Below, piece by piece: positions 23,126-32,876 of a stretch of 64,000 nt of DNA (positions are counted from its first letter, which is position 1; each line of letters begins with the position of its first letter). The notes under the pieces were generated by a model. That model worked only from the letters and a program-made list of their open reading frames with translations, did no database searches and was not told where the DNA came from. Source of the DNA: Gemmatimonadota bacterium (GTDB lineage Bacteria; Gemmatimonadota; Gemmatimonadetes; Gemmatimonadales; GWC2-71-9). Location of the stretch: contig JAOTVV010000002.1 of NCBI GenBank assembly GCA_029863245.1, forward strand, positions 192,242-256,241, given 5' to 3'. The position numbers and the translations under genes are program-made.

Positions 23126-23873
23126 CCCACGTGGGCTTCTTCCAATGGGGGTTGCGGAGCAGCGCCGCCGGATGGTAGGTGACCACCAGCGGGATACCTC
23201 GGAAGTCGTGCACCTTCTTGCGCATGGCGCCGAGCGGCTGTCGAATGCCGAGCAGCGTCTCCGCTGCCGTCCCTCCCATAGCAAGTATCACCGCTGGCCG
23301 CAGGAATTCAAGTTGGCGGTACAGGTAGGGAACACATGCCTCGATTTCGCTCGGATTCGGCTTGCGGTTGGCCGGCGGACGGCACTTGACCACGTTGCAG
23401 ATGTACACCTGCTCCCGCGGAAGATCGATTGCGGACAAAATTTCCGTGAGCAGCTCGCCGGCCCGACCCACGAACGGCCGGCCGGTTTCGTCCTCGGTCG
23501 CCCCGGGGCCTTCGCCCACCACCGCGAGCCGCGCGTCCACCGGCCCCTCGCCCGGCACGGCATGGGTCCGGGACTCACACAGGGGGCAGAGTCGGCAGGT
23601 CCGGATGCGCTGCGCCAGTGCATCCAGGTCGAGTTGTGCCAGGGGATCGGCGTTGAACAGATCCCGTGGCGGGGCCGGCACCACCATTCCCCGCTGCGGG
23701 ATCGGCGGGGCATCCCGCAGCCAACGCGGTGGTGGCTGGTCGCTGGGCAGTCCGGCCTGCACGGCACCCACTGGGGGTACGTCCGGCGCTGCCCCGTCGA
23801 AGAACAAGGGCGGATCGGCGAGCTCCATGCGCTGCCGCAGATATCGTGCGAAGAGCGACCGCGGGTCCGTCAC
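23082..23873 (-). CDS. uracil-DNA glycosylase, family 4
   Basis: 263 aa: CRLCPLC...VVGEGPGATED..GRPFVG.AG.LL...NVVKCRPP.NR.P...HPAALLRNP. Confidence 0.88.
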   Translation of the reverse strand: MTDPRSLFARYLRQRMELADPPLFFDGAAPDVPPVGAVQAGLPSDQPPPRWLRDAPPIPQRGMVVPAPPRDLFNADPLAQLDLDALAQRIRTCRLCPLCESRTHAVPGEGPVDARLAVVGEGPGATEDETGRPFVGRAGELLTEILSAIDLPREQVYICNVVKCRPPANRKPNPSEIEACVPYLYRQLEFLRPAVILAMGGTAAETLLGIRQPLGAMRKKVHDFRGIPLVVTYHPAALLRNPHWKKPTWDDVRIARQLVAQSS

Positions 23874-25063
23874 AGCAACCGTTCGACCGCGTCGAGGATG
23901 CGATCTGCTACCTCGGGCTTGGGCAACAGTTCGAGCGGCGTCTCGCCGTGCTCCCCGATCAAGGTCACGCGGTTGGTGTCCACCTCGAAGCCGCTGCCCA
24001 ACTCGTCGGCGCGATTGAGGACGATGAGATCCAGACCCTTCCGATCCCGCTTGCTCCGGGCTCGCTCCGTCGCGGTTCCGGTTTCCAGCGCGAAGCCCAC
24101 GGTGACCGCCCCAGGCTTGCGCCGCGCCGTGGTCAGCTCCAGAACGTCGGGTGTGGGCACGAGATCCAGGTTGAAACCGCCGTCCGAGCGCGACGGCTTG
24201 CCGTCAGCCACGACGCGCGGGGCAAAATCCGCGGGCGCAGCCGCCATGATCAGCACGTCCGCATCCGGCAGCCGCTGTTCCACGGCTTGGAGCAACTCCG
24301 CGGTGGTCGTGATCCGAACCACCTCGGGTCCGTACGGTGGCGGCAGGGTGGTTGGCCCGGCTATGAGAATCACCTCGGCCCCGCGCGCAAAGGCTCTCGC
24401 CGCGAGGCTGTAGCCCATCTTTCCGCTTGACGGATTGGTGAGGACTCGGACCGCATCGAGCGGCTCTCTCGTCGGTCCCGCTGTGACCAGCACCCGCCGA
24501 CCGCTGAGGCGGCTGTCGGCGCCGACGATCAGCCGTTCCACCTCGGCCAGGATGTCCTCCGGCTCCGCCATTCTGCCGGGACGCTCGCTCGGCCCCTCGG
24601 CGAGCGCACCGATCGCCGGCCCGACGACGGCCCAACCACGCTCGCGAACCATTGCCAGACTCCGCTGGGTCGCAGCGTTGGCGTACATCTCGTCGTTCAT
24701 GCTGGGCGCCACGAGCACCGGGGCCCGCGTGGCGAGGAGCACGGCGGTCAGCAGATCGTCTGCAAGACCCTGCGCCGCCCGGGAAAGGAGATTGGCCGTC
24801 GCCGGTGCGACGACGATGACATCCGGTGTGCGGGCGAGATCGATGTGGGCGAGGGCTCGGTCCCGGTCCCAGAGAGAGGTATGGACCGGTCGTCGCGTGA
24901 GCGCTTCGAAGGTGAGCGGCCGCACAAACTCCGTCGCGGCCGCCGTGAGGATGACGTCAACCGCCGCGCCGCACTCCGTCAGCCGCCGGGCGAGGATGCA
25001 TGACTTATAACAGGCGATCCCCCCCGACACGCCGAGGACGACGCGCCGGCCGGCGAGGCTCAC
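23870..25063 (-). CDS. coaBC: bifunctional phosphopantothenoylcysteine decarboxylase / phosphopantothenate-cysteine ligase
   Basis: ORF 23870..25399 trimmed to the GTG at 25063 (GTGA overlap with the rpoZ stop). VVLGVSGGIACYK...PAMN..M...ITAGPTREPLDPVR..N.SSGKMG pattern. Confidence 0.92.
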   Translation of the reverse strand: MSLAGRRVVLGVSGGIACYKSCILARRLTECGAAVDVILTAAATEFVRPLTFEALTRRPVHTSLWDRDRALAHIDLARTPDVIVVAPATANLLSRAAQGLADDLLTAVLLATRAPVLVAPSMNDEMYANAATQRSLAMVRERGWAVVGPAIGALAEGPSERPGRMAEPEDILAEVERLIVGADSRLSGRRVLVTAGPTREPLDAVRVLTNPSSGKMGYSLAARAFARGAEVILIAGPTTLPPPYGPEVVRITTTAELLQAVEQRLPDADVLIMAAAPADFAPRVVADGKPSRSDGGFNLDLVPTPDVLELTTARRKPGAVTVGFALETGTATERARSKRDRKGLDLIVLNRADELGSGFEVDTNRVTLIGEHGETPLELLPKPEVADRILDAVERLL

Positions 25064-25269
25064 GTCTCGTGACGACGGCGCCGAACCAGGCGGAAGTTGA
25101 GCGCTCCCGATACCAGGCTCTCGAGGGCTTGGGTGGTGAGTTTCTTCTCGTCGAGCGACCGATCCCGCGGGAAGTCGTTGACAAAACGTGCGAACTTCGC
25201 CGCAGCCAGCACCCCCAAGTACTTGGTGCCCGCGCGATCGGCCAAGTCTTCCGGCGTGAATACGTACAT
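25060..25269 (-). CDS. rpoZ: DNA-directed RNA polymerase subunit omega
   Basis: 69 aa. TKYLGVLAAAKFARFV matches the omega N-terminal helix motif. Conserved gmk-rpoZ synteny. Confidence 0.8.
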   Translation of the reverse strand: MYVFTPEDLADRAGTKYLGVLAAAKFARFVNDFPRDRSLDEKKLTTQALESLVSGALNFRLVRRRRHET

Positions 25270-25277
25270 CTGCTCCT

Positions 25278-25937
25278 CTAGACCTGACGCGTTCCTGAGT
25301 TCGTGTTCTCTTGACGGTACCGGGCGAGGTCGCGCCGCAACGTCCGGACCCGTGCTTCGACGTCGGGCAGGCGTTGCGCCCGAACCCCACCCCCGTCAAT
25401 GATCTCGGCTATCTCTTCGAGCGCTCGGTCCAACCGCTCGTTCACCACGACGTGATCGAAATTGGGTGCCGCCTGCAACTCCTCGTCGGCCCGAGCCAGC
25501 CGACGCTGCACCTCTTCGGGGGATTCCGAGCCCCGGCCCCTGAGCCGCGCGATCAGCACCTCGGCCGACGGCGGGAGCACGAAGATCGCCACCGCATCGC
25601 GACGGCTCGCGCGCACCTGCCAGGCACCCTGGATCTCGATGTCGAGGAGCACGTGGCGTCCTCGCCCCAGCTCCCGTTCGACTTCAGCGTTGAGCGTGCC
25701 GTACAGGTGACCGCTGTACTCCGCCCACTCGAGAAACTCGCCGGCATCACGCCGCCGGCAGAATTCCTCCCAGGTGTAGAAATAGTAATCTACACCGGGG
25801 CGCTCGTTTTCGCGCGGTGGGCGGGTGGTCGCCGACACGCTGAACCCGACATCCGTCCGCGACGTCACGAGACGCCTGGCGAGCGTCGTCTTACCCGCTC
25901 CCGACGGAGAGCAGAGAATGAGCAGGCTGGGCGTCAC
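25278..25937 (-). CDS. gmk: guanylate kinase
   Basis: 219 aa: SPSGAGKTTL...TTRPPRENE..GVDYYF. Confidence 0.93.
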   Translation of the reverse strand: MTPSLLILCSPSGAGKTTLARRLVTSRTDVGFSVSATTRPPRENERPGVDYYFYTWEEFCRRRDAGEFLEWAEYSGHLYGTLNAEVERELGRGRHVLLDIEIQGAWQVRASRRDAVAIFVLPPSAEVLIARLRGRGSESPEEVQRRLARADEELQAAPNFDHVVVNERLDRALEEIAEIIDGGGVRAQRLPDVEARVRTLRRDLARYRQENTNSGTRQV

Positions 25938-26809
25938 TCCAGATTCTCCACCTGCTCCCGCACCTTCTCGAGCTCGGCCTTGAGGTCAATGGCGGCAGCC
26001 GTGATGACGGCGTCGTTCGCCTTCGAGCCGATGGTATTCACCTCGCGAAGCATCTCCTGCCCGAGAAACGCCAGGCGCCGGCCCACCGCGCTCCGGGAGG
26101 CGAGAGCCTCCCGAAACGCGCCAACGTGGGTCCGCAACCGTACGATCTCTTCGGTGATGTCCATCTTGTCTGCCAAGAACGCGATCTCCTGAGCGAGCCG
26201 GTTTTCGTCCGCGGCACGCCCATCCAACAGCTCGGTGACGGCCTGCCGGAGTCGGTCCCGCTCCGCGACCAGGCGCTCGGGCGCTTGCGCTCCGATGTCG
26301 CCGAGGCGGGACTCGATGGTCGTCAGGCGTTCGTCGAGATCGGTGGCCAGTGACGACCCCTCGCGCTCCCGCGTCTCGACCACCTGAGACGCAACGGCGT
26401 CCAGGAGCGCTAGGAGCGGTGTGGCATCCGTTTCCGCGACCTCGGCCTCGGCGAAGGTGAGCACTTCGGGCTGACGCGCGATGAAGCCCAAGTCGACGTC
26501 ACCCTGAAGCCCGAGCACCCGCTTGAGCTCCTCGAGCGCCGCCAACACGCTCCGAGCGCGATCCAGGTCCAACTGCACGCTCACCGGGCTAACCGGTGAT
26601 GCCGTCCATCGAACCAACAGGGTGGCGTGGCCCCTCTCCATGTGCAGACGGAGACGCTCGCGCAGATCGGCCTCCAGCCGCTGCAGCTCTGACGGCAGCC
26701 GGCACTGCACGCTGAAGTGCCGGTGGTTGACCGTACGCAGCTCCACCATGACCCGTCCACCCGCGAACGGGCCCTCGGCCGTCCCGAATCCGGTCATCGA
26801 TCTGGGCAC
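25934..26809 (-). CDS. yicC: YicC family stress-induced protein (putative endoribonuclease)
   Basis: 291 aa: SMTGFG...ELRTVNHR... and C-terminal REVNTIGSKAND...KAELEKVREQVENLE. Confidence 0.85.
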   Translation of the reverse strand: MPRSMTGFGTAEGPFAGGRVMVELRTVNHRHFSVQCRLPSELQRLEADLRERLRLHMERGHATLLVRWTASPVSPVSVQLDLDRARSVLAALEELKRVLGLQGDVDLGFIARQPEVLTFAEAEVAETDATPLLALLDAVASQVVETREREGSSLATDLDERLTTIESRLGDIGAQAPERLVAERDRLRQAVTELLDGRAADENRLAQEIAFLADKMDITEEIVRLRTHVGAFREALASRSAVGRRLAFLGQEMLREVNTIGSKANDAVITAAAIDLKAELEKVREQVENLE

Positions 26810-26879
26810 GGATTCTCCCCTCTCGTCAGCGTGCGACGGGCACCGGCGTCCGGCGGCCCGTCACCGCAACGAAGCTGAG

Positions 26880-28676
26880 TCAATTTCCGAACGTCCATGA
26901 CACCCCGAAATACTGTGCATTGACCGGATAGGCGAGGCCCGGGACGTATTCCGCGTCCGTGAGACGCGCATTCCTGAGGGCCCAGAACGCGGTGAAATCC
27001 ACCAACTGGAACTCGATCTGGGTCTCCCAGAAGGTCGCTTCGGGGAGTGCGATCACGCTGCCGTCCGCGCGGGCGCCCGCTGTCCCAGCACCCCAGGTCT
27101 CGATCGCCACCTGCGCCTTGAGATCGAACGCGCCGGAGCGGAACGTCCTCCAGTATTTGGAGCGCCAGGTGAGGGCCGCGCGCACATGCTGCGGCGGTTG
27201 CAGCCCGGCCGGCGTCCCCGAGAGGGGATCGGAGTACCAACCCGAGAGCGTCAGCGCCTTCCAGGGCCGGAGCGTCGCCTCGACCCTCAGGTACGTCGTC
27301 TCGCCCGCCGCGCCCAGGGACGGGACGATCGGGAGGTCGGCGTAGGGACGCGGTTGAAACGCGTCCTGCCTGGCAAGCGTCACCGTTCCCGACAGCCAAC
27401 GGGTGTCGAGACCGGCCCGGGCGGCGAGGTCGCGAGTCGGGATGACCGAATCGTCGACGAGCGCCGGCGCTTGCACCGCCTCTCGGAGGGTCGCTTCACC
27501 CGCAAGCGTGACCGGACCGAGGTACACCCCGACCGCCCCGCGAACCCACTGTGAGTGCCGGTCTCCACGATGCCGCCGATACCCACCATCGGCGGCAAGC
27601 ACGATGCCGCGGACCGGCACCCAGCCGATCCGTCCCTCCACGCCGACCGGGGTCCGGGCGTCTGCCACTCGGCCCACTGCATCCACCGTCCAACTGGGAC
27701 GCCGATACCGTACGCCCAGATGCGCCTGCCGGACACCGTGATCGCTCAGCACTGCACCGGAGTCGGCCGACCACACGCTCGAAGCCAGTCCCGTTTCCAC
27801 TCTGAGGCCCAGACCGTCGGGGCGGGTCGCCGCTGAGAGGGTGATCAGCATGTCGGTGCGAGCACCGTTGCGCGTGGGTACGGACGTTCCAGCTCCGGAG
27901 GGAAGACCATCCCGGTCCACATCCTGGCGTCGGATCTGATAGCTCGCCCCCACGCGACCGTCCGGCATCCATGACACTCGAGCCCACACGTCGAATAGGT
28001 CCGCCCCGGCGGCACCGCCGGGGCCGTCGGTGCCGGCATAGTTGGCGGCCAAGTCGAGCTCGATCCCCGAGGCCGTGCGCTTCTGGAACAGCGCCGCATA
28101 CTGGGCCGACTTGAATGCCCCCGATTGCACATGGATCTTCGAACGCACAACGGGCGTCTCGTGTCGCTCCGTCACGAGGTACGCTCGCAGCATCCCGGGA
28201 AGCACTTCGATGTCGACGCGACGAAAGTAGGTCAACGGGAAATCGCCGGGATCCACGAACACGGTGTCGCCCCCAAGCGGCTCCCAGCGCATGCCATCCC
28301 AGAACACCTCTAGCGCCGCGCCACCGCGCCCGCCGTACTGCACGTACTCCGGCTGTCCAATGAACCCGGCGCGGGCCACGTAGACGCCGGGGATCCGGGC
28401 CAGCAGATCGGCGAGGGTGAGTGCACCGGCCCAGAGGAGGGAATCGCGCGTGAACGTGTAGCGACTTCCGGGCGGCAGGGGCCCTGGTGGAACTTCCGGC
28501 TCGAACATTGGGAGCGTGCGCCCGTGCGCGAACGGGTCATGTGGGATCTGGGAGTCGGGTGCCGCTCCAGGAAGGCTGTCCGCGCGCACCCGTGTCGTGT
28601 CCTGCCCTGCCGCGGTCGGTGCCGCAACGAGCGTGATGACGGCGAGCGCCGCCGCGACCCGCCTGGCGGCGGTCAC
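26880..28676 (-). CDS. outer-membrane beta-barrel protein with TonB-dependent-receptor plug-like N-terminal domain
   Basis: ORF 26880..28832 trimmed to the GTG at 28676 (GTGA overlap with the pepA stop). Signal peptide VAAALAVITLVAAPTAAGQD, plug-like LADLLARIPGVYV...GGRGG..EVFWDG, then about 400 aa of beta-strand-like repeats. Confidence 0.65.
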   Translation of the reverse strand: MTAARRVAAALAVITLVAAPTAAGQDTTRVRADSLPGAAPDSQIPHDPFAHGRTLPMFEPEVPPGPLPPGSRYTFTRDSLLWAGALTLADLLARIPGVYVARAGFIGQPEYVQYGGRGGAALEVFWDGMRWEPLGGDTVFVDPGDFPLTYFRRVDIEVLPGMLRAYLVTERHETPVVRSKIHVQSGAFKSAQYAALFQKRTASGIELDLAANYAGTDGPGGAAGADLFDVWARVSWMPDGRVGASYQIRRQDVDRDGLPSGAGTSVPTRNGARTDMLITLSAATRPDGLGLRVETGLASSVWSADSGAVLSDHGVRQAHLGVRYRRPSWTVDAVGRVADARTPVGVEGRIGWVPVRGIVLAADGGYRRHRGDRHSQWVRGAVGVYLGPVTLAGEATLREAVQAPALVDDSVIPTRDLAARAGLDTRWLSGTVTLARQDAFQPRPYADLPIVPSLGAAGETTYLRVEATLRPWKALTLSGWYSDPLSGTPAGLQPPQHVRAALTWRSKYWRTFRSGAFDLKAQVAIETWGAGTAGARADGSVIALPEATFWETQIEFQLVDFTAFWALRNARLTDAEYVPGLAYPVNAQYFGVSWTFGN

Positions 28677-30166
28677 CCCCCTGCGCGCCCCAGCACCAGC
28701 TCGGTGAAGAGCCGAACACCCATCCCGGTGGGCCCTTTCGCCAAATCGGGTCGGTCGGTCTCGGTCCACGCGGTGCCGGCGATATCGAGATGCGCCCACG
28801 GGAACTGATCGACGAACTCGCGCAGGAACCATCCGGCCGTGATGGTGCCGGCCGCCCGACCGCCGACGTTCTTCACGTCAGCGAAGTCCGACTTGATCTG
28901 CTCCCGGTACTCGTCCCACAGCGGAAGCGGCCAACACCGCTCGCCCGCCAAGTCGCCCGCCTGCCGCACCTCGTCGACGAGCTGGTCGTCGTTTCCCATG
29001 AGGCCGGTTGCATGGTGCCCGAGCGCGATCACCACCGACCCGGTCAGCGTCGCCGCATCGACGACGCAGGCCGGTTTGAACTTCCGGGCGTACGACAACG
29101 CGTCACTCAGCAGGAGCCGGCCTTCCGCGTCGGTATTGACGATCTCGATGGTCTTACCGAGGTGGCCGCGCACGATGTCGCCGGGCTTGATGGCGGTCCC
29201 GGAGGGGAGATTCTCGGAGGCTGGAATGATGCCGACCACATTGATCTTCGGCTTGAGGTGACCCAGCGTCTCGAACATGCCGAGCACGGCGGCGGCGCCC
29301 GACATGTCGTACTTCATCTCCTCCATCTTTTCCGGGGGCTTGAGGGAGATCCCGCCGGAGTCAAAGGTGACCCCCTTCCCGACGAAGCAGAGCGGCGCAC
29401 TCCGGGCACCGGCCCCGCGATATTCCAGCGTGATGAGCTGCGGGTCCTGCGCCGTGCCCTGCGCCACCGCAAGCAGCGCCCCCAACTCCCCCTGTGCTAT
29501 GTCCTCCCTGCCCAGGACCGTGACCCGATAACCATAGGCCTTGCCAAGCTTGCGCGCGACGCCCGTGAGGTAGCGCGGGGTGCACACGTTCCCCGGGAGA
29601 GCCTGGAGATTGCGCGCCAGGACATGCCCGTCGGCGATGGCCGCCCCGATCCGTCGGCCCCGCTCCAGATCCGCCCGTTCCTCCCGGCCCGCTACGATCT
29701 CGAGACTGCCGAGCTTCGGCGTGTCGTCTTTCGCCTTGAACGCATCGAACCGCCACGCCCCCTGGGCGATGCCCTCGACGACGACTTGGCCCACGGTCTG
29801 CTGGGCCACGCCCCCACGCGCCTCGGGAATCACGTGGAACGCCATGGCCTCGGCGCGCAGGGCGAGTGCGCGCTTCGCCGCCACAGCCGCCGCGCGCCGG
29901 ATGGCGCCCCGAGTGATTTCTCCGTGGGCGCCCATGCCCACCAACAGCACCCGCGTGGGCCGCTTGGCGGGATAGAGCGTCGCCACCTGGTCGCGCGTGC
30001 CGCTAAAGTCCCCAGTCGCCAAGAGACGGCCGATGGCCCCGCCAGTGTGCGAATCCAGGGACAAGAGGGAGGTCGGGACCTTACGCGATGTCAGCTCGTC
30101 GACGGCAATGGCGAGCAGTGGCAGACTCACGCGCTCGAGTGGAACGACTTTGACAGAGGAATTCAC
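28673..30166 (-). CDS. pepA: leucyl aminopeptidase (M17)
   Basis: ORF 28673..30271. VGKGVTFDSGGISLKP, NTDAEGRL and GAATLTG-type motifs. Start placed at the GTG at 30166 (497 aa, typical M17 length); the ATG at 30271 is possible. Confidence 0.9.
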   Translation of the reverse strand: MNSSVKVVPLERVSLPLLAIAVDELTSRKVPTSLLSLDSHTGGAIGRLLATGDFSGTRDQVATLYPAKRPTRVLLVGMGAHGEITRGAIRRAAAVAAKRALALRAEAMAFHVIPEARGGVAQQTVGQVVVEGIAQGAWRFDAFKAKDDTPKLGSLEIVAGREERADLERGRRIGAAIADGHVLARNLQALPGNVCTPRYLTGVARKLGKAYGYRVTVLGREDIAQGELGALLAVAQGTAQDPQLITLEYRGAGARSAPLCFVGKGVTFDSGGISLKPPEKMEEMKYDMSGAAAVLGMFETLGHLKPKINVVGIIPASENLPSGTAIKPGDIVRGHLGKTIEIVNTDAEGRLLLSDALSYARKFKPACVVDAATLTGSVVIALGHHATGLMGNDDQLVDEVRQAGDLAGERCWPLPLWDEYREQIKSDFADVKNVGGRAAGTITAGWFLREFVDQFPWAHLDIAGTAWTETDRPDLAKGPTGMGVRLFTELVLGRAGG

Positions 30167-30414
30167 GTGCTGTACCGGAGTTGACGTGGATGCGGGTCGG
30201 AAACCGTGGATCGAGCGGCATCGATGCCGCAAGGTGGCCTGAAGGTTAGCCGAAGCCCGAAACGACGGCAAGTTGGGGCTCTTGGACGGCGGAGGCTCTC
30301 GAAGCGCAATCAGCTGACGAGCTGCTCACCGCTGGACATCGACTTGCTGAGTGCGGGCGCGGGAGTGCGGTAGGCCCCGCACTCGGTGACACCGCCGCAG
30401 GCGGTGCGACACGG

Positions 30415-30849
30415 TCAGAGATGCACGCGGCCCTTCGTCACCTCCCAGTTCTCCCAGAATCGGATGTAGTAGTAGCGCGACCGATCTTGCGGCACGCGCC
30501 ACCATGGATGCTCTGCATCGTCGATCGGTCGCAGCACGGTCGCCTCGGCGACCGACGTGCGCTTACCGCAGAATGGGCAGAGTATCGACTCGACGTCGGG
30601 GGCGACCCACCAGATGTACGGTGCCTTGGCGGCCTCCACCCACGCGGCGCAGCCGTGCACCGTGGGGACGTGCTGGATTGGCGACCCGCCGACCATTTGG
30701 GTAAAACCGCAGAACCGGCACTGCCGATAGCGTCGTTCGGTCGGATCGATACGGGGCCCGTAGAATCCGGTCCGCTTGCAGTCCGGGCACGGCTGGGGGT
30801 CGCGCCCTTCCCCGAACGCCTCGAAGCACTCGTTGTCCCAGTCGTCCAT
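30415..30849 (-). CDS. hypothetical Trp/Cys-rich protein with two CxxC pairs (zinc-ribbon-like)
   Basis: ORF 30415..30954. GC3 becomes high only from the ATG at 30849 (MDDWDNECFEAF...). Motifs CPDC-x18-CRFC and C-x21-CPFC, 8 Trp. No family recognised. Confidence 0.5.
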   Translation of the reverse strand: MDDWDNECFEAFGEGRDPQPCPDCKRTGFYGPRIDPTERRYRQCRFCGFTQMVGGSPIQHVPTVHGCAAWVEAAKAPYIWWVAPDVESILCPFCGKRTSVAEATVLRPIDDAEHPWWRVPQDRSRYYYIRFWENWEVTKGRVHL

Positions 30850-31190
30850 CGTGTACGCCACCTGCCCCCCGGAATCCAGTTGCTCGGAGCTCGGTGGTTG
30901 CACGGGACGCTTGCCCTCCCGGGACCAGCTCGTTCTCGATCGTGTGGGACTCATGGCATCTATCGATCCGGCCTGTCGAGACCTGGAGCATATCGAGCCA
31001 CCCCACCCGCTGCTGTGCCTTCCCGCACAAAATGTATTTCAAAACCGCGCTAGGGCCAGCCGGCGCCGTGGTGGCGCCCTGGACCGACCTGTTAGAATAC
31101 GCGTCATCGACAACTTCCCACGCGGCAGCGAACCTCGAAGGCCTCGCAGCGCGTGTCCCGGATTTCGACGAGATGCAGTGAACGGACAAG

Positions 31191-31469
31191 ATGCCGAAGA
31201 AGACCGGGCGCCTCATCGCCCTCGTGGTCGCCCTGGTGGTGCTCGGGGCCGCACTCATCCTGGGTAGCCGCGCCCTGGTGCAGACGGAGTGCGAGCTGTG
31301 TGTGACGTTCAGGGGGGTCACCACCTGCCGCCGCGGGTCCGGATCCGACCAGCGGGAGGCGATTCAGGCCGCCCAAAAGGCCGCGTGCGCCGTAATGGCC
31401 GGGGGCATGAACGAAAGCATCGCCTGCGGCAATACGCCCCCTGCCAACGTGCAGTGCACCGGCAACTGA
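31191..31469 (+). CDS. hypothetical membrane-anchored/secreted six-Cys small protein
   Basis: 92 aa, GC3 about 90%. N-terminal TM/signal RLIALVVALVVLGAALIL, then CELC..C...C...C...C. Confidence 0.5.
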   Translation: MPKKTGRLIALVVALVVLGAALILGSRALVQTECELCVTFRGVTTCRRGSGSDQREAIQAAQKAACAVMAGGMNESIACGNTPPANVQCTGN

Positions 31470-31485
31470 CGACGGAACGGGTCCT

Positions 31486-32568
31486 ATGAGCGCCTTCCTG
31501 CAACGCGGGATCCTCGGCAACTCCGTCGAGTCGTGGACCGTCGCCGTAGCCATCGCCCTCGGCGTCTTCATCGTCCTCAAGATCGCCGTCCGGGGGATCC
31601 ACCGGCGGGTTGCCTCTCTAGTAGCACAGACCACGTCCACGGTCGACGACGTACTGGCCGACGTGTTCGGCCGCACCAAGGGCTTCTTCCTGCTCGGCCT
31701 GGGGGCGTATCTCGGGGCACGCACGCTGGAGTTCCCCGACGAGGTGTGGTCCGCCTTCACCCAATTCATTGTGGTGATCGGGTTGATCCAGGGCGGCCTG
31801 TGGGCCGGTGCCGCGGTGTGGTCGCTACTGGAAACCTACCGCCGCGACCGGCTGGCCGACGACCCGGCGGCGGCGACCACCGTTGGCGCCATGAACTTCC
31901 TGCTGCGAGTCGTGGTCTGGGCCGTGGTGCTGGTGCTGGTGCTCGACAACCTCGGCGTCGACATCACGGCGCTGATCACGGGCCTTGGCATCGGCGGCAT
32001 CGCCATCGCCTTGGCGGTGCAAAACGTCCTCGGCGACCTCTTTGCGTCGTTGTCGATCGTGCTGGACAAGCCGTTCGTCATCGGAGACACGCTGGGGATC
32101 GACGAGCACATCGGCAAAGTCGAGCACGTCGGGCTCAAGACGACGCGCATCCGCAGCCTCTCGGGCGAGCAGCTGATCATCTCGAACGGCGATCTCCTGA
32201 AGAGCCGTATCCGCAACTTCGGGCGGCTGTTCGAACGGAGGATGCTGTTCACGATCGGCGTGACGTATCAGACGCCGCGCCACAAGCTGGAAAGGATCCC
32301 CACCATCCTGCGCGAGATCATCGAGCGCCAGGAGCACATACGGTTCGACCGAGCCCACTTCAAGACCTACGGCGATTCCTCACTCAACTTCGAGACCGTC
32401 TTCTACGTCACGGTGCCGGACTTTCGGGTTGCCATGGATATCCAACAGGCCGTGAACTTCGAGATCTACCGGCGGTTCGAGGAGGAAGGGCTGGAGTTCG
32501 CGTACCCGACCCGCACCCTGTATGTGGTCGGCCAATCGACGCAGAGTCCACCTAACCGGCAGGACTGA
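31486..32568 (+). CDS. mechanosensitive ion channel family protein (MscS-like)
   Basis: 360 aa, 4-5 TM plus the MscS core GLGIGGIAIALAVQNVLGDLFASL...PFVIGD...G.VE.VGLKTTRIR..GE...I.N. Confidence 0.88.
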   Translation: MSAFLQRGILGNSVESWTVAVAIALGVFIVLKIAVRGIHRRVASLVAQTTSTVDDVLADVFGRTKGFFLLGLGAYLGARTLEFPDEVWSAFTQFIVVIGLIQGGLWAGAAVWSLLETYRRDRLADDPAAATTVGAMNFLLRVVVWAVVLVLVLDNLGVDITALITGLGIGGIAIALAVQNVLGDLFASLSIVLDKPFVIGDTLGIDEHIGKVEHVGLKTTRIRSLSGEQLIISNGDLLKSRIRNFGRLFERRMLFTIGVTYQTPRHKLERIPTILREIIERQEHIRFDRAHFKTYGDSSLNFETVFYVTVPDFRVAMDIQQAVNFEIYRRFEEEGLEFAYPTRTLYVVGQSTQSPPNRQD

Positions 32569-32861
32569 TGCCGGCCGATCGGCCTCGGGTGGGCCCGTGG
32601 CTCAGACGATATTCGGAGCGGGAGCAACCGAGTCGCAAGGAGCGGGTTCAGGAGATCGCGCTGGGGGCTGGGGTGGGGACCATCTTCCTCGTGCTTCTCG
32701 TCGCGGTGCTTCTCGTCTTCCTGCGCTCCCCGTTGCCCACGCTTGCCGGCCTCGTGGCGTTGTGGGCGATCGGATTCGTGACCCTCACGTTCAAACGGCG
32801 GCGCGCCGAGCGACGCGAGCGCGCTCTCCGCCGATCCATTGACGAGCACGTCGACCGCTGA
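32568..32861 (+). CDS. hypothetical small membrane protein
   Basis: 97 aa, 2 TM, GC3 about 80%. Start overlaps the MscS stop (TGATG). Confidence 0.5.
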   Translation: MPADRPRVGPWLRRYSEREQPSRKERVQEIALGAGVGTIFLVLLVAVLLVFLRSPLPTLAGLVALWAIGFVTLTFKRRRAERRERALRRSIDEHVDR

Positions 32862-32876
32862 TCGCCGCCGCCCGTT

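Noticed and set aside
30340-30406. Competing hairpins (two copies of GAGTGCGG able to pair with one CCGCACTC, plus CACCGCC/GGCGGTG) as an attenuator
   Set aside because: They lie downstream of the stop of the 30415 gene and upstream of pepA only in the sense of an operon junction. There is no leader peptide or U-tract. They are probably ordinary 3' stem-loops.
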